A DNA stretch of 56,217 nt, filler included, from Sphacelaria rigidula (GCA_964200075.2; 5 parts of 5 records of this genome joined end to end with filler, not necessarily neighbours in it), one strand, 5' to 3'; shown: positions 11,314-24,965, counted from the first letter of the whole stretch. The notes: generated by a model not told the origin, from the sequence alone. Numbers and translations: made by a program.

Positions 11314-13337
11314 GAATTTTGGGGGGGGAAGATACTTTCGCTCTGCGTTACTCTTTCGTATCTTCCCTGCAATGGAGAAATGGTACTTCAACCTCATTTT
11401 ATATTTCAACCCCAAAAATTAGGATCGGCTGTCAAAGGGTGTTTTCTGTGTGGAGAAGTGTTGTCACTGATGTCATCATGCGCTCTCTTCCCGAAGAAGT
11501 ATGCGTTTAGTTAACTGTTTTGAAGCGTAGCCCTATGCCGTTTACAAAGCTCTCGGCCTCGCCGAACGCACAGCTCGTATGCCCTTTTTTCACGCACGAT
11601 ACTGCTCCTACGTGCTTGCTTGGGTGTGCATCGTGTTGGCTGCTTCCTAACTTTTTCGTTGGTTCCCTACCCTTTGACCCCAGTGCAAGTAAATAGCACC
11701 ACTGTGTTCCGCTCGTTGCACACCTGTGATGCACATGCGATGGGCTGCTCTGTTGCGCTCACAGACTGGTCCTCTTGGCATTTTCTTCCCCAAAATCAAG
11801 TGTCCCCGTGTAGTCGTCGCAACACTTTGTTGGCGGGAAGCTGATAACTTGGGGCTTCCCTACATACTACAAGCATACGAACTGACTGTCAATGCCCCTA
11901 TTAACCCATCCCTCGATACAACAGGAGAGTCGACGGACAGCCTCTGCAGTCCCGATCATGTACAAGAGAAGAAGTTCCGCAAAAAACAAGATGAAGCGTT
12001 GAACCTGTCACGTGCAGAATTGTTGCTGCCCGCAGTGCTGACTGATGGAGAGGAGCGATTTCTGACGCGTAGTTTGGGCAGGCATGAGGCAATGGTCGAC
12101 AAGAGATTGATTGGGTAAGTCCAAATGGTACATTCGGGATTGTGCTGAGAATTGGAGACACGCGTAACAAGAACTAGAGCTTACATCCACTGCATTCAGC
12201 ATGCAATATGTTGTTATGTTAACTCGTCACTGTACAACGATCCTGGTGACGCTCTAGATGTCAACGTCGCCACGGATCTGGAGACGATCATGAATCGTCG
12301 AGGATATATATCTGTGGAACAAACTCAAAGGCTCGCCCGTCAGGCTCACGCGGTCAGAGGAGTGCTTCTTCGCGAACGTGATCGAGATCTCCTTCTGCTT
12401 GATCATGTAAGATGCGCCAAACCATCTGTAGAAGAATCTGGTCGTACGCATGACAACCAGGAGACAGGACAAGCAGTGGTGAAGGAAGAACAAGGCTGAG
12501 GTCATCCGCCCGAAGCATTCGCTGTTGCTGATCGTAAAAAGTGTATCGAAGGAGATGGAGCTTCGCTTAAAACCGTCTACTATTCTCTTGAGGCATCGTC
12601 AGTTTCGAGAACTCGACGGTTGTTTCCAGCGTAAAAGCAGGGGCACGCTCGGGAGGGATTAGGGTTTGGGTGAGGGTTAAAAACCATCCTGACGCTCAAA
12701 GCGATCGCACGCCGCGAGCGGGACTCTGTCGGGTGTACCTAACACTACGTGAGAACGGTGTGATCGACTGCAAAGACATGACCGAAAAAATGGCGAAGGT
12801 GTCAAAATCACACTGTAACATAAAGGCATGGCCCCCACGTTCATTGATCCAAAGTATATGCACGACTTCATGGCAGGGTGGAGGGGGCGTTTGGAGCCGT
12901 GAACTTGTACGTTCGCGTAACCTCCAGTGCTTCTCTGCGCTGGCCTGTGTTCACGATGGGGATGCATTCTCATGTCGACTCAGTGGAGACGTTGGCACGT
13001 GTTTCTGTGACCATGAACGGTGAATCTATGCAGAATTGCGAGTAGTGCTGGAGATATCGTGCCTGGATTCTGCACTTGAAGATGTTGGTCGTAAAATAAA
13101 TGTGAAGCTTGTACCCGCTCATGAGTAGGTGCGTCCAACTTTAGTAACGGAGGATAACCATCAACTTTGTTTTTGTGCTGACTTGTGATCATTCCCATCG
13201 TCGTGCATGGCTGGTGTTTGTTCCGCTGTAGATCATGCCTGCGTGAATGGTGTGGATGATGTACTGCTACTGTAGTCTAATGGCGCCCTGTCGTCCATTC
13301 TGAAGCGCACCGATTTCCGTGACCCTTCCGTGCGAAG

Positions 13338-13700
13338 TGTGAGTTGTGTGTATTGTCATCCCATCTATTCTGGGCGCCAGTCTACACCCTTCGGTATATG
13401 TGGGCGCATCGGCCGGGGTCCCGCACGAGCAAGGCCAACACAGGAGTTTTTTTGCTTTGTTTTTAGTACTTCACCTTCCTTCTGCGATGCTTGCCTTCTT
13501 TTTTTTATCGCGAGAGGGGTCCAGGGGTCCCTTTCCCTCGTCGAGCGAGACGTCGAATTCTTGTGTGATCCCACGACATAGATAGTCGCTCGGCACTGTT
13601 GGGCATTGCGTCAGAAAGATCCCAGATCGTGTGACTACACCGAGATTCGAACCCACGATCCAACCATCAGAAGGTTTCGAGGTTAACAACTGCGACCGGT
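13338..13700 (-). mobile_element. tRNA-derived SINE (same family as 8646-9037) with an 8-bp target-site duplication
   Basis: B box GGTTCGAATC; homologous body; short CA-rich tail; GTGCGAAG occurs at both 13330-13337 and 13701-13708. Confidence 0.9.
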
Positions 13701-16700
13701 GTGCGAAGAAAAACAATTTTTTCTCAACTTTTAGCACACGCATTGCCGTCTTAGGAGTACTTCTAATGCCGTGAGAGCTGCACCATTTGTCATTTTCCCG
13801 AAAAATAAATAAATGATCGCTGAGCGCTGCACGAACGGTTGTGACACATCCCTATCTGCCTTGCATACAACTACGATACTGAAAATGAATGCTAGATATC
13901 TTCAGGATGATCCACCTTAGGAAGCCTCTCGACGGTTAGGAGCCCTCGTCAGAACTGGGATTCACAATCTCAGTAAATATGTTGGCCTCGAAACAACTGC
14001 TGTGTGCGAAAAACCCATGTTTTGCCGAATAAGATCGGATGGGGGTGGGGGAGGCAGGTACCTACGAGAAGCGCTTCACATTCTACTTTGCATTTCCGGT
14101 CGGGGCCTTGGAAGGAGAGTGCGCCTTCGCGTACCCTAGCGAATCAGTCAGATAGGATGGAAAACAGAGATGTCGTGTTGTCAATACGGAGATTCTTAAT
14201 TCGTCGCAGTGACCGAGACAGGTTCAACCACCATTACAACTGACGCTGCTACTACCGCACTATCACCAATTGATCCGATCACCGTCATACTAGCCATGTC
14301 GGATTTCAGGGGAGCCAAAGACACTGTCAATTACCCCTTGTTTGGACGCTTATGCCGTTTTTGCTTCGAATAAACCCTCAGGTGCCGAGAGTCTCGAGAA
14401 TTTCTGGGGACATCATACTATCTCCGCTGCTGGTACTGGAGGATGATAGTCTTTTACTGTCATGTGGTAGCGTGCTGCCATTTTGAGCTAGCTAGTGCTG
14501 TCTGCGTTGCTCCTGAGGTAGAAGCAAGCAAGCACACAAGTCGTTTGTCTTAGGTCATTATCAAATGATCACGTAATGTGACGACCCTTTCGGAACATTT
14601 TTCACTTTATTTCTCGAGTTATTCGTAACTTTGAAACTGAAAAATGAAACGATAAAGAGAGCCAACACTTGAGAGAGCCGCAAATAGTGGGAATATATTA
14701 TATCCCCACAAGTCAAGTGCTGTCAGTACATCATCAGCTGTCAAGTGTACGAAGAGTGAAGAGTGATACAATATCTCAGCGGTCAGCCGCGGCTGCTTGC
14801 TGTTATGTTGTAAAATGCGGCACGTACGCCATCAGGATAGGTAAAATGATTCCATTGTTGTCAACACGCATTACAAGAAGCGCAAACTAGTTTACTATAC
14901 TACACTTCCCTCCTACATGGTGCCATGATGCTGTGGTGCGCGAAGCCAATGACAACAAACTAAAAAGACGCTGAAAGAACAAAAAAATAAAAAATGTCAA
15001 ACCTCAACACGCACCACGCAGCACTCATGTAACACACGCACCCCAGAAAACACAGGACTCGTCAAATCGACCCCATCCCCCTCTTCGACAGCACCTATAT
15101 ATGTGATTCACGATGCAAAACGCCAGCTGTACACACCACACAGATCGATACGCAGAGCACACCGAAAGAATTCACACCATACAACGGTAAGTAAATCATT
15201 CATGAAGATGAACGTACAAAAAATCACAAAATGTACGATGGATGTATCTAACCTCAAGAAGGCTCGAAGGGCAACCAACTCCCCGTCTCCCCGTGTCTCC
15301 TGTGTTGGATTAGCTCATCATCCCTCGCATAAAAAAAACGCATGCCGTGGTAGCTGAGAATGTAAACATACATGGCTTACTCGTGACCAGTACCCTTCTT
15401 AGCGTCGCCTACAAGTGTAACCCATCCCATCATCCTGTCCTATAACAACCATCTCAGTCGTTTATCCTGCCTCCGTTCGTCGCCCCTGTTGACATTCATT
15501 CTCAGGTTGTGGTCAGACCTCTATCCAACTCGAAGGTCGGAGGGAGCAAGGCCCAATACTTCCCTGGGGAACAACAATGACAACAGGCGAAAGCGGCAGC
15601 AGGCCCTACCCACTACTAGCACCACTAGCAGGCAAAAAAAAAAGAAAAGTGGAAAGATAAATGAATGTACGTCAAACAGCGAAACAAATGAACCACCAAA
15701 TGAAAGCACCGCGCTACTTTTTCACAGTGTTCGTCGCGAAGTTCGTCAACTTCAAGACAACCATTGACACTCATCAAAATCCAAACGCGACGGCGAAAAT
15801 CAGCGAGTTGTGGTGGTGAGGCACGACAGAATTTCCCCCGCAAGACCTAAGAGATAAGTAACTGCATTCACCATCACGACGCTATCCCTTTATAACTAAC
15901 CTCTGTATAACTAACCCCCGAACATCTCAAGTGATTTTAATTTCAAACGACAAGACGCCACCGGACTATCACCAATACCATGCATCGTCAACAGAATGTA
16001 TACTTCGTACATGTTCATATATCTAACAACGAAATGACGCGACTCAATAGCATGCACGTGTACCCCACGTATTCCCTGCCGATCATCATTTACCAGGTAG
16101 TGTCTAGATGCACCAGCTTCGAGAAGAGCACAAGTACGACTTCGAAGCGCCGCATTTGGCCAACACATTACCACAACACACGGCATTGCTGGAATTTCTA
16201 GGTTCCTCACCTTGAAAATCTCAGACAAAGCGCCCTTGACAGCTGAATCATCAAATTGTCTCAAAACATATATATAGACTCGAGCGGTACCCTCCTACCA
16301 CGCGGCGGCTTGTCTGCTTTTCCCTCAAGCAAGCTCTCGAACAATCGTACAAACCCTGCACCCACCCGTGTGATCCCGTCCGTGTCGACTGCACAGCACA
16401 GACTATCCACGTTGCTCTTGAGTGAGCGCTCCAACAGTCGTACATCCCCTGTACCCACCCGTGCTGTCTCGGCTTCACCTCACCGCACCCTATCCACCAC
16501 CACCACCACGCGCACTTCATGCAAACATTCAACCCCTGTGCAACAAAGACCCCCCACACACGATACACACACAGATATGATTCATGCAGAACCTCAAACT
16601 AGCCAGCAACTCGAGACTCCGACGAATCTTTTGCTGACTGGCCCTCTGTTTGTTCCTCTGCATAGCGCTCCTCTCTCCAAAATCAAATATCTGTACATAC

Positions 16701-18197
16701 TAGTACGTGCCACTCCAGTCAACGCTTTTATCCATGCACGTCCTAGACCGGTGCACGCGCCAAAGACACGAATGTAGAACACCTAGCAATACGATACGAT
16801 ACCACTCTCCAACCTCTCCTGACGACGCACACACGCACAGCCCACGCATCATGCTGGCATATCCTACACGAAATCCCCCAAATGCATTCCCCTTCCCTTT
16901 TCCCATGCGCAGATATGAACGACCGTTGTCACTTCGCACCTTGACTTGCACATACTTCCCCAATGTGGCACGGAGCAGATTCTGTGTAGCTCGCGTCACC
17001 CCCTTACCCCGACTCACAAAATGAACGTGCTCTTTGTTACCTAAGTGACGTAACTTTCACAAATACATGCAGTTGTGGAAGCACTTCGTACGCTGGGTAG
17101 GTAACGCGATTCTTTTCACACGCTCAAGGATCTGCAGACGGTCAGGATGCAGTATAAGATACGCGACATTGACTAGAACATGACGAATCTGCACACGGTA
17201 TTCTAACACGTCTTTTTAAATTGATTTGTTGGGCTGTGAGACGGCGATACAACCCACATATTTAGACAAGAAACAAACGCCACCCTTGACTCGCCGACGG
17301 TGTCAAAACAGCATCAGAGGGGCCTGTACAATACACCATTCGCTACTTGTGCTACTACCTAATCCGGGCGACCACTGCGAATGCCAGCATAATACCTCTG
17401 GATAAAGATGTTTTTCAAACCTCACTTGTCTTGAAAAAAACCGGCGGGACGCGCAACCGAATGCGGCATCGATGGCATAAAATGTCGCCAGGTCTTTCTA
17501 CAAAGCGGGACCTCTAGCGAGTATCGACATTTCTCCCTGCGAGAAAAATCGAGGAATGAATAAGGACACCATCTGGTGGTGTCATCTACCGCCACCTTCC
17601 GTGGTAGACTCTAAGCGAAAAAAGCATTCCGCGCGAAGCGACACGACCCACCGACTGGTGAGAGGCCCATGGTTGTCGGGCGCTTGCTCAGCCGCGCCGA
17701 TGGTATTTTCGAAGCTCGCCCGGCAGCGGGCGCAACACCCGTCTTTTGGGAGCGGGGGATGTAGAGGGATAGCTTCCTATCCGTTGTCTTGGTAAACGCG
17801 TCTTTTCCTCCCGATCTTCCTCTGTATGTCATCGCACATTTCAAACGTCAAGCAGATTCGGTGCAAGGGGCACGTGAGTCGGTGTCCTCCGTGCCGCAGT
17901 CCACTAGTGCCTTCGAGCATATGCCAAACTCCTACCGGCAACTTGGAGAATCTCTTCGTCAGACGCTCGCTATTGCAATCGCACTGCGTGTTTCTTCGGT
18001 GTACATCAACGTGACGAGTCTCGACTCTAGACGAAGACACCATCACATCGGGGCGATGCCGATGCCTTAGTAAGGGCTACCAGTAATTCATCAGTACGTC
18101 TTCCGTCGCACGTTAAACGTCACCAACCTACCCTCGCGATGAAGATAACACCACCAACAGAATCCACCACTCTCTACATTGTTCCCAACATGATATT

Positions 18198-18327
18198 AGA
18201 GAGTTTCGGAAACCAAATTTTTGAGCCAAAAACTCAGGGATAATTTGCATCTTCTTACTAAAATTCAATCAAACGATAATTATCCCTGAGTTTTTTCTGG
18301 CCTATTTTTGTTTTCCGAACCTCTTCT
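18198..18327. mobile_element. Hairpin MITE
   Basis: Arms GAGTTTCGGAAACCAAA...AAAAACTCAGGGATAATT and AATTATCCCTGAGTTTTT...TTTGTTTTCCGAACCTC. Confidence 0.8.
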
Positions 18328-18727
18328 TTGCATCAAACTCATCCCTGGTCGTGCAAAGTTTTGCAAGCCGGATAGCTCACGAGCTACCAAAAATAGTCAC
18401 TAGAAGAGGATTCTACTAACGATCTCACTTGTCCAAGAACACAAGTTACGCGACGGCGGAGTGCGACAAGACAAATCGCTATGAACACCTTCGCGTTAAT
18501 CCACGTGCTCGGTGTCCAGCTCTGTAGGCAGCAAATATGGACAAACGGGCTAGCTCATCATCCGGACCAGTACACCAATAAGAAGTAATAGTCAGGTAGC
18601 TCAAGAGCTGCCCGACCTGTGCAACGCTTACCCCCGCCCACCGTCTACAGCTCGCACCTCCACCCTCCACCCCTCTACTTTCACGCCACCATCCCGGAGG
18701 CTATACCTCAGTCCAATCGCTTCACAC

Positions 18728-18942
18728 CTGTCCGACGCAAACCCCCTGGCGCTGGGAGCTCTAAGAATCCGCGTCGATCCAACTCTGCCCTTTGTAGGAC
18801 TAACCCTGGGATCGGCGCGCCTCGTCCTTGGGGTTGGTCCACGAACCTTCAAGTTAGTGTGCGTGTTGGTGCTGGAGCAGGCCAGTGGCGATGGCGGGAA
18901 CTTTAGACCTCTGCCGCGGATGGGCGAGCGAGGGGCTACGAT
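18728..18942 (-). CDS. Candidate downstream exon of the uncharacterised low-complexity gene (3' boundary uncertain)
   Basis: Strong acceptor ctttcaatttgtcattgtccttgcag in phase 0, reading IVAPRSPIRGRGLKFPPSP...; several possible donors, or a stop at 18628. Confidence 0.4.
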
Positions 18943-19313
18943 CTGCAAGGACAATGACAAATTGAAAGTTGAAAGGCGGAGGGGGGGATAGGCGACTTCA
19001 GCCTTATTTCGGTGCCGACTGCACCGTCTGAGCCGCAATAGGCAGGACGCGAACTACGGGCAGCATGCTATGTTCACAGTCTATACATCACGAGGTACCA
19101 ACAATGGAAGGATCATGGCGACCAAAGACAAACACTCCAACCGCTGCGTGTTCATAGTCATGTTTCACGAACACAAACGACAACGGGATCCCTCGATAGA
19201 GGCAGCGAAGCTTTTTTGTCGCTGACGATCAGCGGCAGTACAAGACGTCTTGTTTGGGAAACACGGGGGGTGATTAGCGTCCGTACAGATAGGAAGATGG
19301 CAGTGTAACTCAC

Positions 19314-19340
19314 CCGCCCTTTGCCTTTCCGTTGTTGCTC
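19314..19340 (-). CDS. 27-nt exon (EQQRKGKGR) of the uncharacterised gene
   Basis: ctttttccgccag acceptor, gtgagt donor, phase 0/0, compatible with the upstream exon. Confidence 0.6.
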
Positions 19341-19819
19341 CTGGCGGAAAAAGCATAAAGCAGCCGAGAAGCGTGCCTGTGGATTCGGCATGAGCATACA
19401 GCGGTGTTTTCCCTTGAGGGCGACATCATGTGGGGATTTTCCAATGCTTGCTGCGCATTCGTACCTGTGGGCGACATGTGACCTGAACACTCCAATAAGG
19501 ATGGCGTGCTAAAATCGCGCATCTAACCTAAAACGGTTTGAACGACACGTGTGATTTGGTGTGCAAAAGTGGTCATTTTCCGGTCCAAGGTGATGCCCCT
19601 GAAACGCCCACGGATGTGTATTACCACAGCAAGCCACGTATTGCGTTTCGGCTAATGGCAGGTGAGCACATGTCCCACCAGCACTAGACTAGAAAAGGGC
19701 AATTACGTGGCCCGGGGCATGAGTGCTCTCAAAACGCTCATCCGTACGTACCGGTACACGTCCCACAAGAGCAACAGTTGCAAAACCGTGTTCCCCACGC
19801 ACAGCCGACAGCACCTCAC

Positions 19820-20194
19820 CTTCTCCACGTCCTTCTTAGGGGTGCCATCATTGCCGTTACTGTTGTCTTCAACGTTGTTCCTGTGGCTGCGGTAGTTACT
19901 ATTGCTGCCCATGCTGCAGCTGCGGTGGAACTTAGGGTTACCATCGTTGCTGTTGCCATTATCATCGACATTGTTCCTTTGGCTGCGGCTGTTGCTATTG
20001 CTATTGCTTCCCAAGCTACTGCTTCGGTTGAACTTGAGCTTGCGGCTGTTGCTGCTGCTGCTGCTGCCGTTGGCCCCCGTGACTGTCAACGGAAGGCGCA
20101 CTTCGTCCTGAACCACGACCGGTGGCGGCAGCGGTGGACGAAGCTCATCCGTATCCCCGTATGTCACCTGTCCATCGGGGTCCTTTCCAGTTGC
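19820..20194 (-). CDS. Exon 3 of an uncharacterised S/N-rich protein, with an internal ~33-aa duplication
   Basis: acaacag acceptor, AAG|gtgagg donor, 375 nt, phase 0/0; ATGKDPDGQ...KDVEK. Confidence 0.72.
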
Positions 20195-20641
20195 CTGTTG
20201 TTGTCGGCATGTAACAAAAACATCGTGTTCAGTACAGCTAGAGTTGCTAGCGGTGGACGAAGGTGTCATCGGGAACTACGATTACAGAGGGTTGCTGTCA
20301 TTCATCCGGTACGTGATACTCCTACATGCACGTTCCAACTTGAGAAATCGAGTAGTAGCAACAAGGGGTTAACATCACAGCGTCATTATCACCAACCTGT
20401 GCACGGCCATCGAAAGGCCGCCACAGTTTGGTTGCTACAACAAATGAAACAATAATCTCACCTTCCTTCCATCCCCGGCTAACACCGCACCAAAAACGAA
20501 CGTGCGCAGTTTTCGACAGCTTGTTGACGAAATAAGCGACACGATCGGATGAGCAACACGATATTGCTGCACAATCGACACCGGTGGTATAAACATGCGG
20601 AAGGCCGCCAGTACGAACCGACACAAAATTTCTGCACTCAC

Positions 20642-21260
20642 GCAAAGATCCACCGCTCCTAGATCCAAGTTGTTCGCAGGCTCGAAGATATCATCATCGT
20701 GATCATCGTCATGGCCCATATCTTCATCAGAGCTAGAGCTGCGCGGGATCCCGGATACGGCACGCATGTTTCCGGCGTCGGCGCTCATCATACTTCCGGA
20801 ACTTGGACGGCCGACAGACGACATACCGGTTGTACACACGCTCCCGTCCTCCCAGCAGCTGAACGCGCTCGCAGCGGACAACACAGAGTTTCGGGACGAC
20901 CTGCCCTCATCACACTCGAATGACACAGTATTGAAGCCGCCGGGCCCGGACCCGGACCCAGTTCCGAACCTGCCTCCGGAACCCGTTCCCGACATGGTTC
21001 CGCCACTATCAGCACTAGGACTGACCGTTACGCTCAGGCTGGGGATGCTGTTGGTGCTACCGCAACCCTTCATGCACGTAGACAAATGGGGTGGCTGCAA
21101 TGTACTGGGCGCCTGAGTGCCGTAGACGACGAGGTCTCCCGTACCCTCTCTGGGCGAGGAATAGTCTCCGCTGCCCCGTGGTCGCTCGGTGTACTGGAGT
21201 GCTGGTTGAGGTATCCTTCGGGGTGATCGGGATGCGCGTAGTTCGTCTCTCCACATGGCC
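20642..21260 (-). CDS. Exon 2 of an uncharacterised S/G-rich low-complexity protein
   Basis: accgcag acceptor, TGC|gtgagt donor, 619 nt open frame; AMWRDELRASRSP...LDLGAVDLC. Confidence 0.78.
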
Positions 21261-21322
21261 CTGCGGTGTGTATCGGTACGAGCAAGGGCGAAAGGGCCGA
21301 ACGCACTTTGTCGCTCACTCAC

Positions 21323-21357
21323 ATTTTCTCCACGCGTGCCGACAAATTACGCTGCAT
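21323..21357 (-). CDS. Probable first coding exon (MQRNLSARVEK) of the uncharacterised gene
   Basis: ATG at 21357 preceded by an in-frame stop; AT|gtgagt donor; a 62-nt intron joins in frame to exon 2. Confidence 0.55.
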
Positions 21358-21684
21358 GACTCCGTTTAGTGGAATGACCAATCAAATGCACGTCTTGTAG
21401 TAATCCGTAGCTCCCTACTTGCGCTACAAGGCACTGTATGGAAGTGATTGACCCTTTGGGGCTCCGACCCCGTATTAGTACTACATGAGGGTAGTGTCCA
21501 CATTGGCATCTTTGTTGCTTTCCGGAGATGCTACAACAACCGCACCAGTAGAGGGCAGAGCGTTCAAGAGACCAGCGGCCAAGAACGGGGGCAACTTTCT
21601 GTTCATTCACACAAAATAATCATGGCGCGGGGAGAATACGCCCTTATACAATACTCAAGTCATTATAGCCAGACGTGGCGCCCC

Positions 21685-22015
21685 GCCCCGGTGGTGTAAT
21701 GGTTCGACTGTCGCCATTAGGGTGGAGAGAACGAGGTCTCAATTCCCGATGCGTTGGGTTTTTTCTTCGTAATGCCTGATCTCCACCGTGGAAAGCGTGA
21801 AAACGTGAGTGAACGAAGTAATCGACTGAGTTTGTTGGACATGAGTTGACGCGGTGCGGGAGTGCTGATGGTCATGATCCAATCCGCGAGACCGAAATGC
21901 AAGGCGTGTACCGGGTAGAGATGGCTTGATCCCTTGAGACCACGGACTCCTTCCGACGAAGGAGAGGGGTTCAGAGTGCGACAAGAAAAGCGACAAGACA
22001 CAAGACATAAGACAC
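21685..22015 (+). mobile_element. tRNA-derived SINE, second family, with an (ACAAG)-like tail
   Basis: GCCCCGGTGGTGTAATGGTT A box, degenerate B box GGTCTCAATTCCC, ~330 bp, ending in CGACAAGACACAAGACATAAGACAC. Confidence 0.65.
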
Positions 22016-22428
22016 GGGTGTACCATCGTTTTGATTCTTCAGGGTCAAAATGACTTCAATTTATGTTCGCAACACACACTCTAACTCTACTGTGCACTGT
22101 ACTGCTGCAGTGACGACTGTGACCGGTGAGGATTACCTGCACGAGCTGCACAGTTTCGAGACCCCTTGTGAATTCTGAACGTGGGTGGTGAAGTTTGAAT
22201 ATGTGCGTCATTCTCTACACTAACGACCATCCGATGAAACAACGCGCTTTTGATCGTTTGCGAGAATGGGGCCCGAAAGGCAGTGTTGTTCTTCTTTGAT
22301 GTTATGGGGGCGTTGTACTGAAATTATAATTCATCATCGGCGGCGTCAATCGGAGACGGTCATACTCTAAGTCCTAAAATATGCTGGGACTGAAGGGGGC
22401 GGACGTCCTTGGAAGAGAGGTCTCCACA

Positions 22429-22528
22429 NNNNNNNNNNNNNNNNNNNNNNNNNNNNNNNNNNNNNNNNNNNNTTAATTAATTAANNNNNNNNNNNNNNNN
22501 NNNNNNNNNNNNNNNNNNNNNNNNNNNN
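22429..22528. other. Artificial 100-bp spacer
   Basis: N44-TTAATTAATTAA-N44. Confidence 0.99.
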
Positions 22529-24177
22529 AGCATTTTCTGCGGATGGCCTATTTTCGGGGGTTTTTCCGCATGACATTTTCCATGAGCACTCGAAAGTGCT
22601 CGCGTCGATAGTTTTTGCAAAATAAGCAAACCATGCTCAAATCACAATCGCCCAAGTTGTTGTTGTAGGGGCGATACCGGGTAAAGACCCCGTTTACCAG
22701 GAGGGTGTTATTGACCGTAAATGATCCGAGAAGCATAGTTTTCCTGCTTTAGCGCAGTGACTACGTGCAATTTGAAAAAATGATCCTTTTTAGTCTTCAC
22801 TTATTCAATCCGGATCGAGTCGGTCGACCGAAAACACCGAAAAGCTAGAGCCTGGGATCGTATTTTTACAGGACCCCCGAAGATCGGTCAAGCCCGTGAA
22901 TCAGTCGTATATTGATCGCATATTATTTTTCCTTTAATTATTGTAAAGAGGTATAAAATATCTCCGGATGCTCATTTTTTTGCATCCAACAGTCACCGTG
23001 ATGAGCGGTGGCAAGCAAAATAAATTTGGACAATCTTCGAGAAACTAAGAAATTACGGATTCTGCATACTTCTGACGCTGACTACTGTAGTAGATAATCA
23101 TGTAGGTGGGATATTTCGACGCGGGGGGTACTAAACGCCCAAAATCACCACCCGTTTGAGTGGTGATCTCTTTGTTCAACAGCGCTGGACATGCTAAACA
23201 GCCTTCATGGTGCGCGTGTGTGTGTGTGGAGGGGGGCCACGGAGTATCCGAGCAAGTCGAACATCATCCCGTGCACATGAGGTGGTCGTTGGTCTACAAT
23301 AATTGGACATGAAAACGAGGCCAAAGTTCAACAATACTCAACTATATTTTCAGTACCTGATACCATACGGTTGGCAGGGGCGCGTCATTATTTTTTTCGG
23401 GATCTTTGCGACACTGTAATGACATCGCAACGACATCGTACAGTACAGTATAGTAGAGTCTGGCGTACTTTCTTTCTTATTTCATCTTGTTTCTCATTTA
23501 CTCTTCCCCCCCTCCCCTCCTTTCCCTCCCTCCTCCTTCATGCCCTTTGTTTTACTCCACTTGATTTATCTCCTCATTTCCCCATTTCTTCTCCAAGTTT
23601 CCATTCGCGAGTGTTACCATCCAGCCCCCTAGACTGCTCACGTGCGTACATTCACGTGCATTCATCACGACCATATCTTCCCAGAATCAGAGCCCAGAGC
23701 GGAGATGGGAAGGGAAAAGCAGGCACAGAAAGACTACTCAATGTGCTCCCACGTGGCAGAAGTTTTGAACTTCAGGAGGCTTGCACGATCCATTGCTGAC
23801 TTGCTTTGCTTCGATAATATCCACGATACAACATACAGCGCTGCTTCGAGGACACACCACAACCATTAGGCTGTATCTAGTTTCAGTTTCCCGCTTGAGC
23901 TAGCGTGATAATACGTAACGAGGCTGGTACTCCGTGCGTACATGCAGCGGTCAACTTGGCTCTGGAAGAAAACATGATTTTGCCTGACGTCTTGAGAAAT
24001 CGTGCCTTCCGAAAGTTCCTGCACCACGGCAAGCGCATTTCCAGCAGCGAATGGGTCAACAGCACACGCCTACGTGGCTCTGGGCTGACCCACTCTTTAC
24101 TATCGTGTGCAGGGCAGGGAGCACAAAGTCAGTTATCCCGCGATGGCGGTCACTACATGCCTCTCTGTATTCTGCCA

Positions 24178-24204
24178 TCACACGGAAGATGGAACGTTGG
24201 ACAG
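24178..24204 (-). CDS. Candidate terminal exon (LSNVPSSV*) of the DPF/NPF-motif gene
   Basis: cccgtgcag acceptor, phase 0, TGA at 24180-24178. Confidence 0.4.
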   Translation of the reverse strand: MSNVPSSV

Positions 24205-24965
24205 CTGCACGGGCAATCGACGTTATGTAGGTAGCTAAAGCACCCGCCGTCGTGACGAGAACAGTGCACATGTGAGCAACAAGACCAACACTCGACTCAT
24301 ACACCATCATACGTACATAGATAGACACACTTCTGATTACTGAAAAATATTTGAGACATTTTAGCGACAGACAGTAAAATGCTCGTCTGCGGTCAGCTTG
24401 CACTGGTAAACGAGTCAGGCATTGACTTCGCGTATTGACACTTTTCATATATTTTATCTTCGAGGATTGAATTGGCCCTCAAGTACTTCTCAGACCGGGG
24501 CCATTTCCTCTACTACTACATATTACTACATTTATTTGCTCCTCGTTCACGGTCTCTTTCGACTCTCTACTTTCGTCGGTCCCTTTCCTCCTCTTTTTCG
24601 CTCTACTTTCGACACATTTCTCCTTCTCCGAGTTATTCTTCAGCGAGGAAGTATTTCCGTTTTCTGATCCCGGGGGTTACGTCTACAGGGAGCATTTTCG
24701 GTATCTCATAGCTAACGAAGTTCACCACGGCTTGACATGAACCTCAGAATCTCCCAATGGAGCCGTACGGGTCCACCGTTTTCCAGTACCCCAAGTCCTA
24801 TCACTCATCACTCGTATACAGATTGTTCCATTGTGCCACTGTCGATCAGCACACTAAACCTACTGATGCACCAACACGTAGGTGGCCTACTTATGACGAG
24901 AAGCACCCATACCAGCAAAATATTTCCTCCCCCCCCCCCCCCCCTCCCCTTCAAATGCCACGCAC

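Noticed and set aside
15000..18070. Coding potential of the A/C-skewed region, including ORFs 16256-16777 and 17789-18070
   Set aside because: No recognisable domain or consistent splice structure; probably decayed repeat sequence.
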